NCBI RefSeq assembly: GCF_009914755.1
Contig: NC_060933.1
Reading direction: 5' to 3' (one strand)
From: the human T2T-CHM13v2.0 reference genome, Homo sapiens
DNA length: 64,000 bases
Positions 13,201 through 28,720 of this stretch are shown one piece after another. Both the position numbers and the translations under genes were made by a program. The notes below the pieces were generated by a model. It was not told the origin of the DNA and made no database searches. It saw only the letters and a list, made by a program, of their open reading frames with translations. The stretch's first letter is position 1. The number at the start of each line of letters is the position of its first letter.

Positions 13201-16200
13201 CATTCCATTGTACTCGGGTTGATTCCATTCCATTGCATTCCGTTCCATTCCATTCCGTTGCATTCCATTCCATTACATTCGGATTGATTCTATTCAACTC
13301 CCTTACTCTCCATTTCATTCCATTCCATTCGGGTTGTTCCATTCCATTCCATTCCATTCAACTCCATTCCATTGCACTCGGGTTGATTCCATTCCATTCC
13401 ATTCCATTCAATTCCGGATGATTCCATTCCATTGCATTCCGTTGCATTACATTCCCCTGCACTCGCGTTGATTCCATTCCATTCCATTCAATTCCATTCC
13501 ATTACAATTCGTTCCATTCCATTCTATTCCGTACCATTCCATTCCATTCCATACCATTCCATTCCATTCCATTCCATTCCATTCCGTTCCATTCCGTTCC
13601 ATTCCATTCCATTCCATTCCATTCTATTCGGATTAATTCCATTCCATTCCATTCCATTCCATTCTATTCCAATCCATTGCAATCGAGTTGAATCCATTGC
13701 ATTTCATTCCATTCCATTCCATTCCATTCCATTCCGGAAGATTCCATTACATTGCATTCCATTCCATTCCATTCCCCTGCACTCGCATTGATTCCATTCC
13801 ATTCCATTCCATTCCATTCCATTCCGTTCCGTTCCATTCCATTCCATTCCATTCCATTCCATTCCGTTCCATTCCATTCCATTCCATTCTATTCGGGTTA
13901 ATTCCATTCCATTCCATTCGATTACAATCGAGTTGATTCCATTCCATTCCATTCCATTCCATTCCATTCCATTCCTTGCCATTCCATTACGGATGATTCC
14001 ATTCCATTGCATTCCATTCCATTCCATTCCCCTGTACTCGGGTTGATTCCATTCCATTCCATTCCAATCCATGCCATTCCACTCGTGTTGATTCCCTTCT
14101 TTCCATTCCATTCAAGTTGAATCCATTCCATTGCATTCCATTCCATTCGATTCCATTCGATTGCACTCGGGTTGATTCCATTCCAATGCATTCCATTCCA
14201 TTCCATTCCATTCCATTCCATTCCATTCCATTCCGTTCCATTCCATTCCATTACATTCGGATTGATTCTATTTAATTCCCTTACAGTCCATTACATTCCA
14301 TTCCATTCGGGTAGTTTCCACTCCATTCCATTCCATTCCTCTCCATTCCATTGCACTCGGGTTGATTCCATTCCATTGCATTCCATTCCATTCCATTCAA
14401 TTCCATTCCGTTCCATTCCATTCCATTACATTCGGATTGATTCTATTCAACTCCCTTACTCTCCATTACATTCGATTCCATTCGGGTTGTTCCATTCCAT
14501 TCCATTCCATTCCACTCCATTCCATTGCACTCGGGTTGATTCCATTCCATTCCATTCCATTCCGGAAGATTCCATTCCATTACATTCCATTACATTCCAT
14601 TCCCCTGCACTCGCGTTGATTCCATTCCATTCCATTCCATTCCATTCCATTCCATTCCGTTCCATTCGTTTCCGTTCCATTCCATTCCATTCCATTCCGT
14701 TCCGTTCCGTTCCGTTCCGTTCCATTCCATTCCATTCCATTCTATTCGGGTTAATTCCATTCCATTCCATTCGATTGCGATCGAGTTGATTCCATTCCAT
14801 TCCATTCCATTCCATTCCATTCCATTCCATTCCTTTCCATTCCAATACGGATGATTCCATTCCAAAGCATTCCATTCCATTCCATTCCCCTGTACTCGGG
14901 TTGATTCCATTCCATTCCATTCCAATCCATGCCATTCCACTCGTGTTGATTCCATTCTTTCCATTCCATTCAAGTTGAATCCATTCCATTGCATTCCATT
15001 CCATTCGATTCCATTCGATTGCACTCGGATTGATTCCATACCATTGCATTCCATTCCATTCCATTTCATTCCATTCCATTCCTTTCCATTCCATTCCATT
15101 CCATTCCATTGCAATCGAGTTGATTCCATTCCATTCCATTCCATTCCATTCCATTGCAATCGAGTTGATTCCATTCCATTCCTTTCCATTCCATTCCATT
15201 GCCTTGCATTCCAATCGGGTTGATTCCATTCCCTTCTTTCCACTCCATTACATTCCCTTCCATTCCACTCGGAATGATTGATTCCATTCCATTCCATTCC
15301 ATTTCATTCGGTTGCAATCCATTCCAATCTATTCCATTCCATTCCATTCCACTCGAGTTGATTTCATTCCATTCCTTTCCATTCCATTCCATTCCTTTCC
15401 ACTCGAGTTGATTCCATTCCATTCCATTCCATTGCATTCCATTCCATGCCATTCCACTCGGGTTGATTCCATTCCTTTGCATTCCATTACATTCCATTCC
15501 ATTCCATTCCTTTGCATTCCATTCCATTACATTCGGATTGATTCTATTCAACTCCCTTACTCTCCATTACATTCCATTCCATTCGGGTTGTTCCATTCCA
15601 TTCCATTCCATTCCACTCCATTCCATTGAACTCGGATTGATTCCATTCCATTCCATTCCATTCCATTCCATTCCATTCCATTCCATTCCGGATGATTCCA
15701 TTCCATTGCATTCCGTTCCATTACATTCCCCTGCACTCGCGTTGATTCCATTCCATTCCATTCCATTCCGTTCAATTCCATTCCATTACAATTCGTTCCA
15801 TTCCATTCTATTCCGTACCATTCCATTCCATTCGATACCATTCCATTCCATTCCATTCCATTCCATTCCGTTCCATTCCGTTCCATTCCGTTCCATTCCA
15901 TTCCATTCCATTCCATTCTATTCGGGTTAATTCCATTCCATTCCATTCCATTCCATTCCATTCTATTCCATTCCATTGCAATCGAGTTGAATCCATTGAA
16001 TTTCATTCCATTCCATTCCATTCCATTCCATTCCATTCCGGAAGATTCCATTCCATTGCATTCCATTCCATTCCATTCCCCTGCACTCGCGTTGATTCCA
16101 TTCCATTCCATTCCATTGCATTCCATTCCGTTCCGTTACATTCCATTCCATTCCATTCTATTCGGGTTAATTCCATTCCATTCCATTCGATTGCAATCGA

Positions 16201-19200
16201 GTTGATTCCATTCCATTCCATTCCATTCCATTCCTTTCCATTCCATTACGGATGATTCCTTTCCATTGCATTCCATTCCATTCCATTCCCCTGTACTCGG
16301 GTTGATTCCATTCCATTGCATTCCAATCCATGCCCTTCCACTCGTGTTGATTCCATTCTTTCCATTCCATTCAAGTTGAATCCATTCCATTGCATTCCAT
16401 TCCATTCGATTCCATTCGATTGCACTCGGGTTGATTCCATTCCATTGCATTCCATTCCATTCCAATCCATTCCATTCCCTTCCATTCCATTCCGTTCCAT
16501 TCCATTCCATTACATTCGGATTGATTCTATTCAATTCCTTTACACTCCATTACATTCCATTCCATTCGGGTAGTTTCCATTCCATTCCATTCCATTCCTC
16601 TCCATTCCATTGCACTCGGGTTGATTCCATTCCATTGCATCCCATTCCATTCCATTCAATTCCATTCTGTTCCATTCCATTCCATTACATTCGGATTGAT
16701 TCTACTCAACTCCCTTAGTCTCCATTCCATTCCATTCCATTCGGGTTGTTCCATTCCATTCAATTCCATTCCACTCCATTCCATTGCACTCGGGTTTATT
16801 CCATTCCATTCCATTCCATTCCATTCAATTCCATTCCATTCCGGAAGATTCCATTCCATTGCATTCCATTCCATTCCTTTCCGTTCCATTCCATTCCATT
16901 CCATTCCATTCCATTCCGTTCTGTTCCGTTCCATTCCATTGCATTCCATTGTATTCGGGTTAATTCCATTCCATTCCATTCCATTCCATTCCATTCCATT
17001 CCATTCCATTGCATTCCATTACAATCGAGTTGATTCCATTCCATTCCATTCCATTCCAGTCCTTTCCATTCCATTCCACTCGGGTTGATTCCATTCTATT
17101 AGTTTCCATTACATTCCATTCCCTTCCATTGTATTCGGGTTAATTCCATTCCATTGCATTCCCTTCCATTCCACTCTTATTGATTCCATTCCTTTCCATT
17201 CCACTCGAATACATTCCCTCCTATTCCACTCGGAACGATTCTATTCCATTCCATTCCATTCCATTCCATTCCATTCCATTCCATTTCGTTCCATTACATT
17301 CTATTCCGTATCATTCCATTCCATTCCATTCCATTCCATTCCATTCCGTTCCATTCCATTCCATTCCATTCCATTCCATTGTACTCGGGTTGATTCCATT
17401 CCATTGCATTCCATTCCATTCCATTCCATTCCATTCCGTTGCATTCCATTCCATTACATTCGAATTGATTCTATTCAACTCCCTTACTCTCCATTACATT
17501 CCATTGCATTCGGGTTGTTCCATTCCATTCCATTCCATTCCACTCCATTCCATTGCACTCGGGTTGATTCCATTCCATTCCATTCCATTCCATTCCATTC
17601 CATTCCATTCCATTCCATTCCATTCCGGATGATTCCATTCCATTGCTTTCCGTTCCATTACATTCCCCTGCACTCACGTTGATTCCATTCCATTCCATTC
17701 CATTCAATTCCATTCCATTGAATTCCATTCCATTACAATTCCTATCATTCCATTCTATTCCGTACCATTCCATTCCATTCCATACCATTCCATTCCAATC
17801 CATTCCATTCCATTCCATTCCATTGCGTTCCGCTCCGTTCCTTTCCATTCCATTCCATTCCATTCTATTCGGGTTAATTCCATTCCATTCCATTCGATTG
17901 CAATAGAGTTGATTCCATTCCATTCCATTCCATTCCATTCCATTCCTTTCCATTCCATTCCATTCGGATTCATTGTATTCAATTCCCATACACTCCATTA
18001 CAATCCATTCGATTCGTGTAGTTTCCATTCCATTCCATTCCATTCCTCTACATTCCATTGCACTCGGGTTGATTCCATTCCATTCCATTCCATTCCATTC
18101 CATTCCATTCCATTCCATTCCATTCCATTCCGGATGATTCCATTCCATTGAATTCCATTCCATTCTATTCCCCTGCACTTGGGTTGATTCCATTCCATTC
18201 CATTCCATTCCTTTCTGTTCCATTCCATTCCATTCCATTCCATTCTATTCGTGTTAATTCCATTCCATTCTATTCCATTGCAATCGAGATGATTCCATTG
18301 TTTTGCATTCCATTCCATTCCATTCCATTCCGGATGATTCCATTCCATTGCATTCCATTCCATTCCATTCCCCTGCACTCGGGTTGATTCCATTCCATTC
18401 CACTCCATTCCATTCCATTCCATTCCATTCCATTGTATTCGGGTTAATTCCATTCCATTCCATTCCATTCCATTCCATTCCATTACAATCGAGTTGATTC
18501 CATTCCATTCCATTCCATTCCAGTCCTTTCCATTCCATTCCACTCGGGTTGATTCCATTCAATTAGTTTCCATTACATTCCATTCCCTTCCATTGTATTC
18601 GGGTTAATTCCATTCCATTCCATTCCATTCCATTCCATTCCATTCCATTACAAACGAGTTGATTCCATTCCATTCCATTCCATTCCAGTCCTTTCCATTC
18701 TATTCCACTCGGGTTGATTCCATTCTATTAGTTTCCATTCCATTCCATTCCCTTCCATTCCACTCTGGTTGATTCCATTCCTTTCCATTCCACTCGAATA
18801 CATTCCCTCCTATTCCACTAGGAACGATTCCATTCCATTCCATTCCATTCCATTCCATTCCATTCCATTCCATTCCATTCCATTCCATTTCGTTCCATTC
18901 CATTCTATTCCGTATCATTCCATTCCATTCCATTCCATTCCATTCCATTCCATTGTACTCGGGTTGATTCCATTCCATTGCATTCCATTCCATTCCATTC
19001 CATTCCATTCCGTTGCATTCCATTCCATTACATTCGGATTGATTCTATTCAACTCCCTTACTCTCCATTACATTCCATTCCATTCGGGTTGTTCCATTCC
19101 ACTCCATTCCATTCCACTCTATTCCATTGCACTCGGGTTGATTCCATTCCATTCCATTCCATTCCGGATGATTCCATTCCATTGCATTCCGTTCCATTAC

Positions 19201-19937
19201 ATTCCCCTGCACTAGCCTTGATTCCATTCCATTCCATTCCATTCCATTCCATTCCATTCCATTACAATTCGTTCCATTCCATTCTATTCCGTACCATTCC
19301 ATTCCATTCCATACCATTCCATTCCATTCCATTCCATTCCATTCCATTCCATTCCGTTCCATTCCGTTCCATTCCATTCCATTCCATTCCATTCCATTCC
19401 ATTCCATTCCGTTCCATTCCGTTCCATTCCATTCCATTCCATTCTATTCGGATTAATTCCATTCCATTCCATTCCATTCCATTCTATTCCATTCCATTGC
19501 AATGAAGTTGAATCCATTGCATTTCATTCCATTCCATTCCATTCCATTCCATTCCGGAAGTTTCCATTCCATTGCATTCCATTCCATTCCATTCCCCTGC
19601 ACTCGCGTTGATTCCATTCCATTCCATTCCATTCCATTCCGTTCCGTTCCATTCCATTCCATTCCATTCCGTTCCGTTCCATTCCATTCCATTCCATTCT
19701 ATTCGTGTTAATTCCATTCCATTCCATTCGATTGCAATCGAGTTGATTCCATTCCATTCCATTCCATTCCATTCCATTCCATTCCATTCCATTCCATTAC
19801 TTTCCATTCCATTACGGATGATTCCATTCCATTGCATTCCATTCCATTCCATTCCCCTGTACTCGGGTTGATTCCATTCCATTCCATTCCAATCCATGCC
19901 ATTCCACTCGTGTTGATTCCATTCTTTCCATTCCATT

Positions 19938-21608
19938 CAAGTTGAATCCATTCCATTGCATTCCATTCCATTCGATTCCATTCGATTGCACTCGGGTTGA
20001 TTCCATTCCATTGCATTCCATTCCATTCCATTCCATTCCATTCCATTCCATTCCATTCCTTTCCATTCCATTCCATTACATTCGGATTTATTCTATTCAA
20101 TTCCCTTACACTCCATTACATTGCATTCCATTCGGGTAGTTTCCATTCCATTCCATTCCATTCCTCTCCATTCCGTTGAACTCGGGTTGATTCCATTCCA
20201 TGCATTCCATTCCATTCCATTCAATTCCATTCCGTTCCATTCCATTCCATTACATTCGGATTGATTCTATTCAACTCCCTTACTCTCCATTACATTCCAT
20301 TCCATTCGGGTTGTTCCATTCCATTCCATTCCATTCCACTCCATTCCATTGCACTCGGGTTGATTCCATTCCATTCCATTCCATTCCATTCCATTCCGGA
20401 AGATTCCATTCCATTGCATTCCATTCCATTCCATTCCCCTGCACTCGCGTTGATTCCTTTCCATTCCATTCCATTCCATTCCATTCCGTTCCGTTCCGTT
20501 CCGTTCCATTCCATTCCATTCCATTCCATTCCATTCCATTCTATTTGGGTTAATTCCATTCCATTCCATTCCATTGCAATCGAGTTGATTCCATTCCATT
20601 CCATTCCATTCCATTCCATTCCATTCCATTCCTTTCCATTCCATTACGGATGATTCCATTCCATTGCATTCCATTCCATTCCATTTCCCTGTACTCGGGT
20701 TGATTCCATTCCATTCCGTTCCAATCCATGCCATTCCACTCGTGTTGATTCCATTCTTTCCATTACATTCAAGTTGAATCCATTCCATTGCATTGCATTC
20801 CATTCGATTCCATTCGATTGCACTCGGGTTGATTCCATTCCATTCCATTCCATTCCATTCCATTCCATTCCGTTCCATTCCATTCGATTACATTCGGATT
20901 GATTCTATTCAATTCCCTTTCACTCCATTACATTCCATTCCATTCGGGTACTTTCCATTCCATTCCATTCCATTCCTCTCCATTCCATTGCACTCGGGTA
21001 GATTCCGTTCCATTGCATTCCATTCCATTCCATTCAATTCCATTCCGTTCCATTCCATTCCATTACATTCGGAATGATTCTATTCAACTCCTTTACTCTC
21101 CATTACATTCCATTCCATTCGGGTTGTTCCATTCCATTCCATTCCATTCCACTCCATTCCATTGCACTCGGGTTGATTCCATTCCATTCCATTCCATTCC
21201 ATTGCGGAAGATTCCATTACATTGCATTCCATTCCATTCCATTCCCCTGCACTCGCGTTGATTCCATTCCATTCCATTCCATTCCATTCCGTTCCATTCC
21301 ATTCCTTTCCGTTCCATTCCATTCCATTCCATTCCATTCCATTCCGTTCCGTTCCGTTCCATTCCATTCCATTCCATTCTATTTGGGTTAATTCCATTCC
21401 GTTCCATTCGATTGCAGTCGAGTTGATTCCATTCCATTCCATTCCATTCCATTCCATTCCATTCCATTCCTTTCCATTCCATTACGGATGATTCCATTCC
21501 ATTGCATTCCATTCCATTCCATTCCCCTGTACTCGGGTTGATTCCATTCCATTCCATTCCAATCCATGCCATTCCACTCGTGTTGATTCCATTCTTTCCA
21601 TTCCATTC
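19938..21608 (+). repeat. Two consecutive copies of the underlying ~830-870 bp ancestral unit (example locus)
   Basis: Landmark ATTCAAGTTGAA at 19938, 20770 and 21608 (spacings 832, 838) with the same module order in between. Similar spacings at 14113/14971, 26758/27601, 31595/32428, 34421/35289 and 59932/60765. Confidence 0.8.
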
Positions 21609-21849
21609 AAGTTGAACCCATTCCATTGCATTCCATTCCATTCCATTCCCCTGCAGTCGGGTTGATTCCATTCCATTCCATTCCATTCCATTCTATTCCA
21701 TTCCATTCCATTCCGTTCCATTCCATTTAATTCCATTCCATTCTATTCGGGTTAATTCCATTCCATTCCATTCCATTCCATTCCATTCCATTGCAATCAG
21801 TTGATTCTATTGCATTCCATTCCATTCCATTCCATTCCATTCCATTCCA

Positions 21850-24800
21850 TTCCATTCCGTTCCGTTCCGTTCCGTTCCATTCCATTCCATTCCATTCCAT
21901 TCTATTCGGGTTAATTCCATTCCATTCCATTCGATTGCAATAGAGTTGATTCCATTCCATTCCATTCCTTTCCATTCCTTTCCATTACATTACGGATGAT
22001 TCCATTCCATTTCATTCTATTCCATTCCATTCCCCTGTACTCGGGTTGACTCCATTCCATTCCATTCCAATCCATGCCATTCCACTCGTGTTGATTCCAT
22101 TCTTTCCATTCCATTCAAGTTGAATCCATTCCATTGCATTCCATTCCATTCGATTCCATTCGATTGCACTCGGGTTGATTCCATGGCATTGCATTCCATT
22201 CCACTCCATTCCATTCCATTCCATTCCTTTCCATTCCATTCCCTTCGGATTCATTCTATTCAATTCCCTTACACTCCATTACATTCCATTCGATTCGTGT
22301 AGTTTCCATTCCATTCCATTCCATTCCTCTCCATTCCATTGCACTCGGGTTGATTCCATTCCATTCCATTCCATTCCATTCCATTCCATTCCATTCCATT
22401 CCATTCCATTCCGGATGATTCCATTCCATTGAATTCCATTCCATTGCATTCCCCTGCACTTGGGTTGATTCCATTCCATTCCATTCCATTCCTTTCTGTT
22501 CCATTCAATTCCATTCCATTCCATTATATTCGTGTTAATTCCATTCCATTCTATTCCATTCCATTTCCATTGAAATCGAGTTGATTCCATTCCATTCCAT
22601 TCCATTCCATTCCATTCCATTCCGGATGATTCCATTCCATTGCATTCCATTCCATTCCATTCCCCTGCACTCGGGTTGATTCCATTCCATTCCGTTCCAT
22701 TTCATTCTATTCGGGTTAATTCCATTCCATTCCATTACACTCCATTCCAGTCCTTTCCATTCCATTCCACTCGGGTTGATTCCATTCTATTCCTTTCAAT
22801 TCCATTCCATTCCATTGCAATCGAGTTGATTCCATTCGAGTTGAATCCATTCCATTCCATTCCATTCCATTCCATTGCACACGGGTTCATTCCATTCCAT
22901 TCCATTCCATTCCATTCTATTCCATTTCATTGCATTCCATTCTATTCCGTACCATTCCATTCCATCCCATTCCATTCCGTTCCATTCCATGCCATTACAC
23001 TCTGGTTGATTCCATTCCTTTCCATTCCATTCTTGTTGAATCCATTCCATTCCATTCCATTCCATTCGAATCCATTCCATTGCACTCGGGTTGATTCCAT
23101 TCCATTCCATTCCATTCCATTTCATTCCATTCCATTCCATTACATTCGGATTGATTCTATTCAATTCCCTTACACTCCATTACATTCCATTCCATTCGGG
23201 ATGTTTCAATTCCATTCCATTCCATTCCACTCCATTCCATTGCATCAGGTTGATTGCATTCCATTCCATTCCATTCCATTCCGGATGATTCCATTCCATT
23301 GCATTCCATTCCATTCCATTCCCCTGCACTCGGGTTGATTCCATTCCATTCCATTCCATTCCATTCCATTTCATTCCGTTCCATTCCATTCCATTCCATT
23401 CTATTCCGGTTAATTCCACTCCATTCCATTCGATTCCATTCCATTCCATTCCATTCCATTGCAATCGAGTTGATTCCATTCCATTCCATTCCATTCCGTT
23501 CCGGATGATTCCATTCCATTCCATTCCATTCCATTCCATTCCATTCCCCTGCAGTCGGGTTGATTCCATTCCATTCCATTCCATTCCATTCCATTCCATT
23601 CCATTCCATTCCATTCCATTACAATCGAGTTGATTCCATTCCATTCCATTCCATTCCATTCCACTCCATTCCAGTCCTTTCCATTCCATTACACTCGGGT
23701 TGATTCCATTCTATTCCTTTCCATTCCATTCCATTCCATTGCAATCGAGTTGATTCCATTGCTTTGCATTCCATTCCATTCCATTCCATTCCGGATGATT
23801 CCATTCCATTGCATTCCATTCCATTCCATTCCCCTGCACTCGGGTTGATTCCATTCCATTCCACTCCATTCCGTTCCATTCCATTCCATTCCATTGTATT
23901 CGGGTTAATTCCATTCCATTCCATTCCATTCCATTCCATTCCATTCCATTGCATTACAATCGAGTTGATTCCGTTCCATTCCATTCCATTCCATTCCATT
24001 GCAGTCCTTTCCATTCCATTCGACTCGGGTTGATTCCATTCTATTAGTTTCCATTCCATTCCTTCCCCTTCCATTCCACTCTGGTTGATTCCATTCCTTT
24101 CCATTCCACTCGAAAACATTCCATCCTATTCCACTCGGAACGATTGCATTCCATTCCATTCCATTCCATTCCATTCCATTCCATTCCAATCCAGTTCGTT
24201 CCATTCCATTCTATTCCGTACCATTCCATTCCATTCCATTCCTTTCCATTCCATTCCTTTCCACTCTTGTTGATTCCATTCCTTTCCATTCCATTCGGTT
24301 TGAAGGTATTCCATTCCATTCAATTCCATTCCATTCAATTCCATTCCATTCCATTCCATTCCATTCCATTGCAATGGGGTTGATTCCATTCCATTCCATT
24401 CCATTCCGGATGATTCCATTCCATTGCATTCCATTCCATTCCATTCCCCTGCACTCGTGTTGATTCCATTCCCTTCCATTCCATTCCATTCCGTTCCATT
24501 CCATTCCATTCCATTCTATTCCGGTTAATTCCATTCCATTCCATTCCATTCCATTGCAATCGAGTTGATGCCATTCCATTCCATTCCATTCCATTCCATT
24601 CCATTCCATTACAATCGAGTTCATTCCATTCCATTCCATTCCATTCCATTCCATTCCATTCCAGTCCTTTCCATTCCATTCCACTCAGGTTGATTCCATT
24701 CTATTAGTTTCCATTCCATTCCATTCCCTTCCATTCCACTCTGGTTGATTCCATTCCTTTCCATTCCACTCCAATACATTCCCTCCTATTCCACTCGGAA

Positions 24801-27800
24801 CGATTCCATTCCATTCCTTTCCATTCCATTCCATTCCATTCCATTCCATTCCATTTCGTTCCATTCCATTCTATTCCGTATCATTCCATTCCATTCCATT
24901 CCATTCCATTCCATTCCATTCCATTCCACTCGTGTTGATTCCATTCCTTTCCATTCCATTCGGTTTGAAGGCATTCCATTCCATTCCATTCCATTCCATT
25001 CCATTCCATTCCATTCCATTCCATTCCATTGTACTCTGGTTGATTGCATTCCATTGCATTCCATTCCATTCCATTCCGTTGCATTCCATTCCATTACATT
25101 CGGATTGATTCTATTCAACTCCCTTACATTCCATTACATTCCATTCCATTCGTGTTGTTCCATTCCATTCCATTCCATTCCACTCCATTCCATTGCACTC
25201 GGGTTGATTTCATTCCATTCCATTCCATTCCATTCCATTCCATTCCGGATGATTCCATTCCATTGCATTCCGTTCCATTACATTCCCCTGCACTCGAGTT
25301 GATTCCATTCCATTCCACTCAATTCCATTCCATTACAATTCGTTACATTCCATTCTATTCCGTACCATTCCATTCCATTCCATACCATTCCATTCCATTC
25401 CATTCCATTCCATTCCGTTCCATTCCGTTCCATTGCATTCCATTCCATTCTATTCGTGTTCATTCCATTCCATTCCATTCCATTCCATTCCATTCTATTC
25501 CATTCCATTTCAATCGAGTTGAATCCATTGCGTTTCATTCCATTCCATTCCATTCCATTCCATTCCGGAAGATTCCATTCCATTGCATTCCATTCCATTC
25601 CATTCCCCTGCACTCGCGTTGATTCCATTCCATTCCATTCCATTCCGTTCCGTTCCGTTCCATTCCATTCCATTCCATTCCATTCCATTCCGTTCCTTTC
25701 CATTCCATTCCATTCCATTCTATTCGGGTTAATTCCATTGCATTCCATTCGATTGCAATCGAGTTGATTCCATTCCATTGCATTCCATTCCATTCGATTC
25801 CATTCGATTGCACTCGGGTTGATTCCATTCCATTGCATTGCATTCCATTCCATTCCATTCCGTTCCATTCCTTTCCATTACATTCGGATTGATTCTATTC
25901 AATTCCCTTACACTCCATTACATTCCATTTCATTCGGGTAGTTTCCACTCCATTCCATTCCATTTCTCTCCATTCCATTGCACTCGGGTTGATTCCATTC
26001 CATTGCATTCCATTCCATTCGGGTAGTTTCCACTCCATTCCATTCCATTCCTCTCCATTCCATTGCACTCGGGTTGATTCCATTCCATTGCATTCCATTC
26101 CATTCCATTCAATTCCATTCCGTTCCATTCCATTCCATTACATTCGGATTGATTCTATTCAACTCCCTTACTCTCCATTACATTCCATTCCATTCGGGTT
26201 GTTCCATTCCATTCCATTCCATTCCACTCCATTCCATTGCACTCGGGTTGATTCCATTCCATTCCATTCCATTCCATTCCATTCCGGATGATTCCATTCC
26301 ATTGCATTCCATTCCATTACATTCCCCTGCACTCGCGTTGATTCCATTGCATTCCATTCCATTCCATTCAATTCCATTCCATTACATTTCGTTCCATTCC
26401 ATTCTATTCCGTACCATTCCATTCCATTCCATACCATTCCATTCCATTCCATTCCATTCCGTTCCGTTCCATTCCATTCCATTCCATTCCATTCCATTCC
26501 GTTCCGTTCCATTCCATTCCATTCCATTCTATTCGGGTTAATTCCATTCCATTCCATTCGATTGCAATCGTGTTGATTCCATTCCATTCCATTACATTCC
26601 ATTCCATTTCATTCCATTCCTTTCCATTCCATTACGGATGATTCCATTTCATTGCATTCCATTCCATTCCATTCCCCTGTACTCGGGTTGATTCCATTCC
26701 ATTGCATTACAATCCATGCCCTTCCACTCGTGTTGAGTCCATTCATTCCATTCCATTCAAGTTGAATCCATTCCATTGCATTCCATTCCATTCGATTGCA
26801 TTTGGGTTAATTCCATTCCATTGCATTCCATTCCATTCCATTCCATTCCATTGCATTCCATTCCATTCCGTTCCATTCCATTCCATTACATTCGGATTGA
26901 TTCTATTCAATTCCCTTACAGTCCATTACATTCCATTCCATTCGGGTAGTTTCCATTCCATTCCATTCCATTCCTCTCCATTCCATTGCACTCAGGTTGA
27001 TTCCATTCCATTGCATTCCATTCCATTCCATTCAATTCCATTCCGTTCCATTCCATTCCATTATATTCGGATTGATTCTATTCAACTCCCTTACTCTCCA
27101 TTACATTCCATTCCATTCGGGTTGTTCCATTCCATTCCATTCCATTCCACTCCATTCCATTGCACTCGGGTTTATTCAATTCCACTCCATTCCATTCCAT
27201 TACATTCCATTCCATTCCGGAAGTTTCCATTCCATTGTATTCCATTCCATTCCATTCCCCTGCACTCGCGTTGATTCCATTCCATTCCATTCCATTCCAT
27301 TCCATTCCATTCCTATCCGTTCCATTCCATTCCATTCCATTCCATTCCGTTCCGTTCCATTCCATTCCATTCCATTCCATTCTATTCGGGTTAATTCCAT
27401 TCCATTCCATTCAATTTCAATCGAGCTGATTCCATTCCATTCCATTCCATTCCATTCCATTCCTTTCCATTACATTACGGGTGATTCCATTCCATTTCAT
27501 TCCATTCCATTCCATTCCCCTGTACTCGGGTTGATTCTATTCCATTCCATTCCAATCCATGCCATTCCACTCGTGTTGATTCCATTCTTTCCATTCCATT
27601 CAAGTTGAATCCATTCCATTGCATTCCATTCCATTCGATTCCATTCGATTGCACTCGGGTTGATTCCATGGCATTGCATTCCATTCCATTCCATTCCATT
27701 CCATTCCTTTCCATTCCATTCCATTCCATTCCATTCGGATGCATTCTATTCAATTCCCTTACACTCCATTACATTCCATTCCATTCGTGTAGTTTCCATT

Positions 27801-28720
27801 CCATTCCATTCCATTCCTCTCCGTTCCATTGCACTCGGCTTGATTCCATTCCATTGCATTCCATTCCATTCCATTCCATTCCATTCCGGATGATTCCATT
27901 CCATGGAATTCCATTCCATTCCATTCCCCTGCACTTGGGTTGATTCCATTCCATTCCATTCCATTCCTTTCTGTTCCATTCCATTCCATTCCATTCCATT
28001 CCATTCCATTCCATTCTATTCGTGTTAATTCCGTTCCATTCTATTCCATTCCATTCCATTGAAATCGAGTTGATTCCATTCCATTCAATACCATTCCATT
28101 CCATTCCATTCCATTCCATTCGGGATGATTCCATTCCATTGCATTCCATTCCATTCCATTCCCCTGCACTAGGGTTGATTCTATTCCATTCCATTCCATT
28201 ACATTCCATTCCGTTCCGTTCCATTTCATTCTATTCGGGTTAATTCCATTCCATTCCATTCCACTCCATTCCAGTCCTTTCCATTCCATTCCACTCGGGT
28301 TGATTCCATTCTATTCTTTTCAATTCCATTCCATTCCATTCCATTGCAATCGAGTGGATTCCATTCGAGTTGAATCCATTCCATTCCATTCCATTCCATT
28401 CCATTGCACACGGGTTCATTCCATTCCATTCCATTCCATTCCATTCCATTCCATTCTATTCCGTACCATTCCATTCCATCCCATTCGATTCCGTTCCATT
28501 CCATGCCATTACACTCGGGTTGATTCCATTCCTTTCCATTCCATTCTTGTTGAATCCATTGCATTCCTTTCCATTCCAATCGAATCCATTCCATTGCATT
28601 CGGGTTGATTCCATTCCATTCCATTCCATTCCATTTCATTGCATTCCATTCCGTTACATTCGGATTGTTTCTATTGAATTCCCTTACACTCCATTACATT
28701 CCATTCCATTCGGATGTTTC
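21850..28720 (+). repeat. Diverged dispersed duplication of a ~1.36-kb block: ~21850-23210 and ~27340-28720 (offset ~5.5 kb)
   Basis: Shared rare variants CCATGGCATTGC (22181/27666), GCACACGGGTTCATT (22877/28406) and TCTTGTTGAATCC (23031/28545). ORF pairs 22120/27605 and 22175/27660. Confidence 0.8.
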
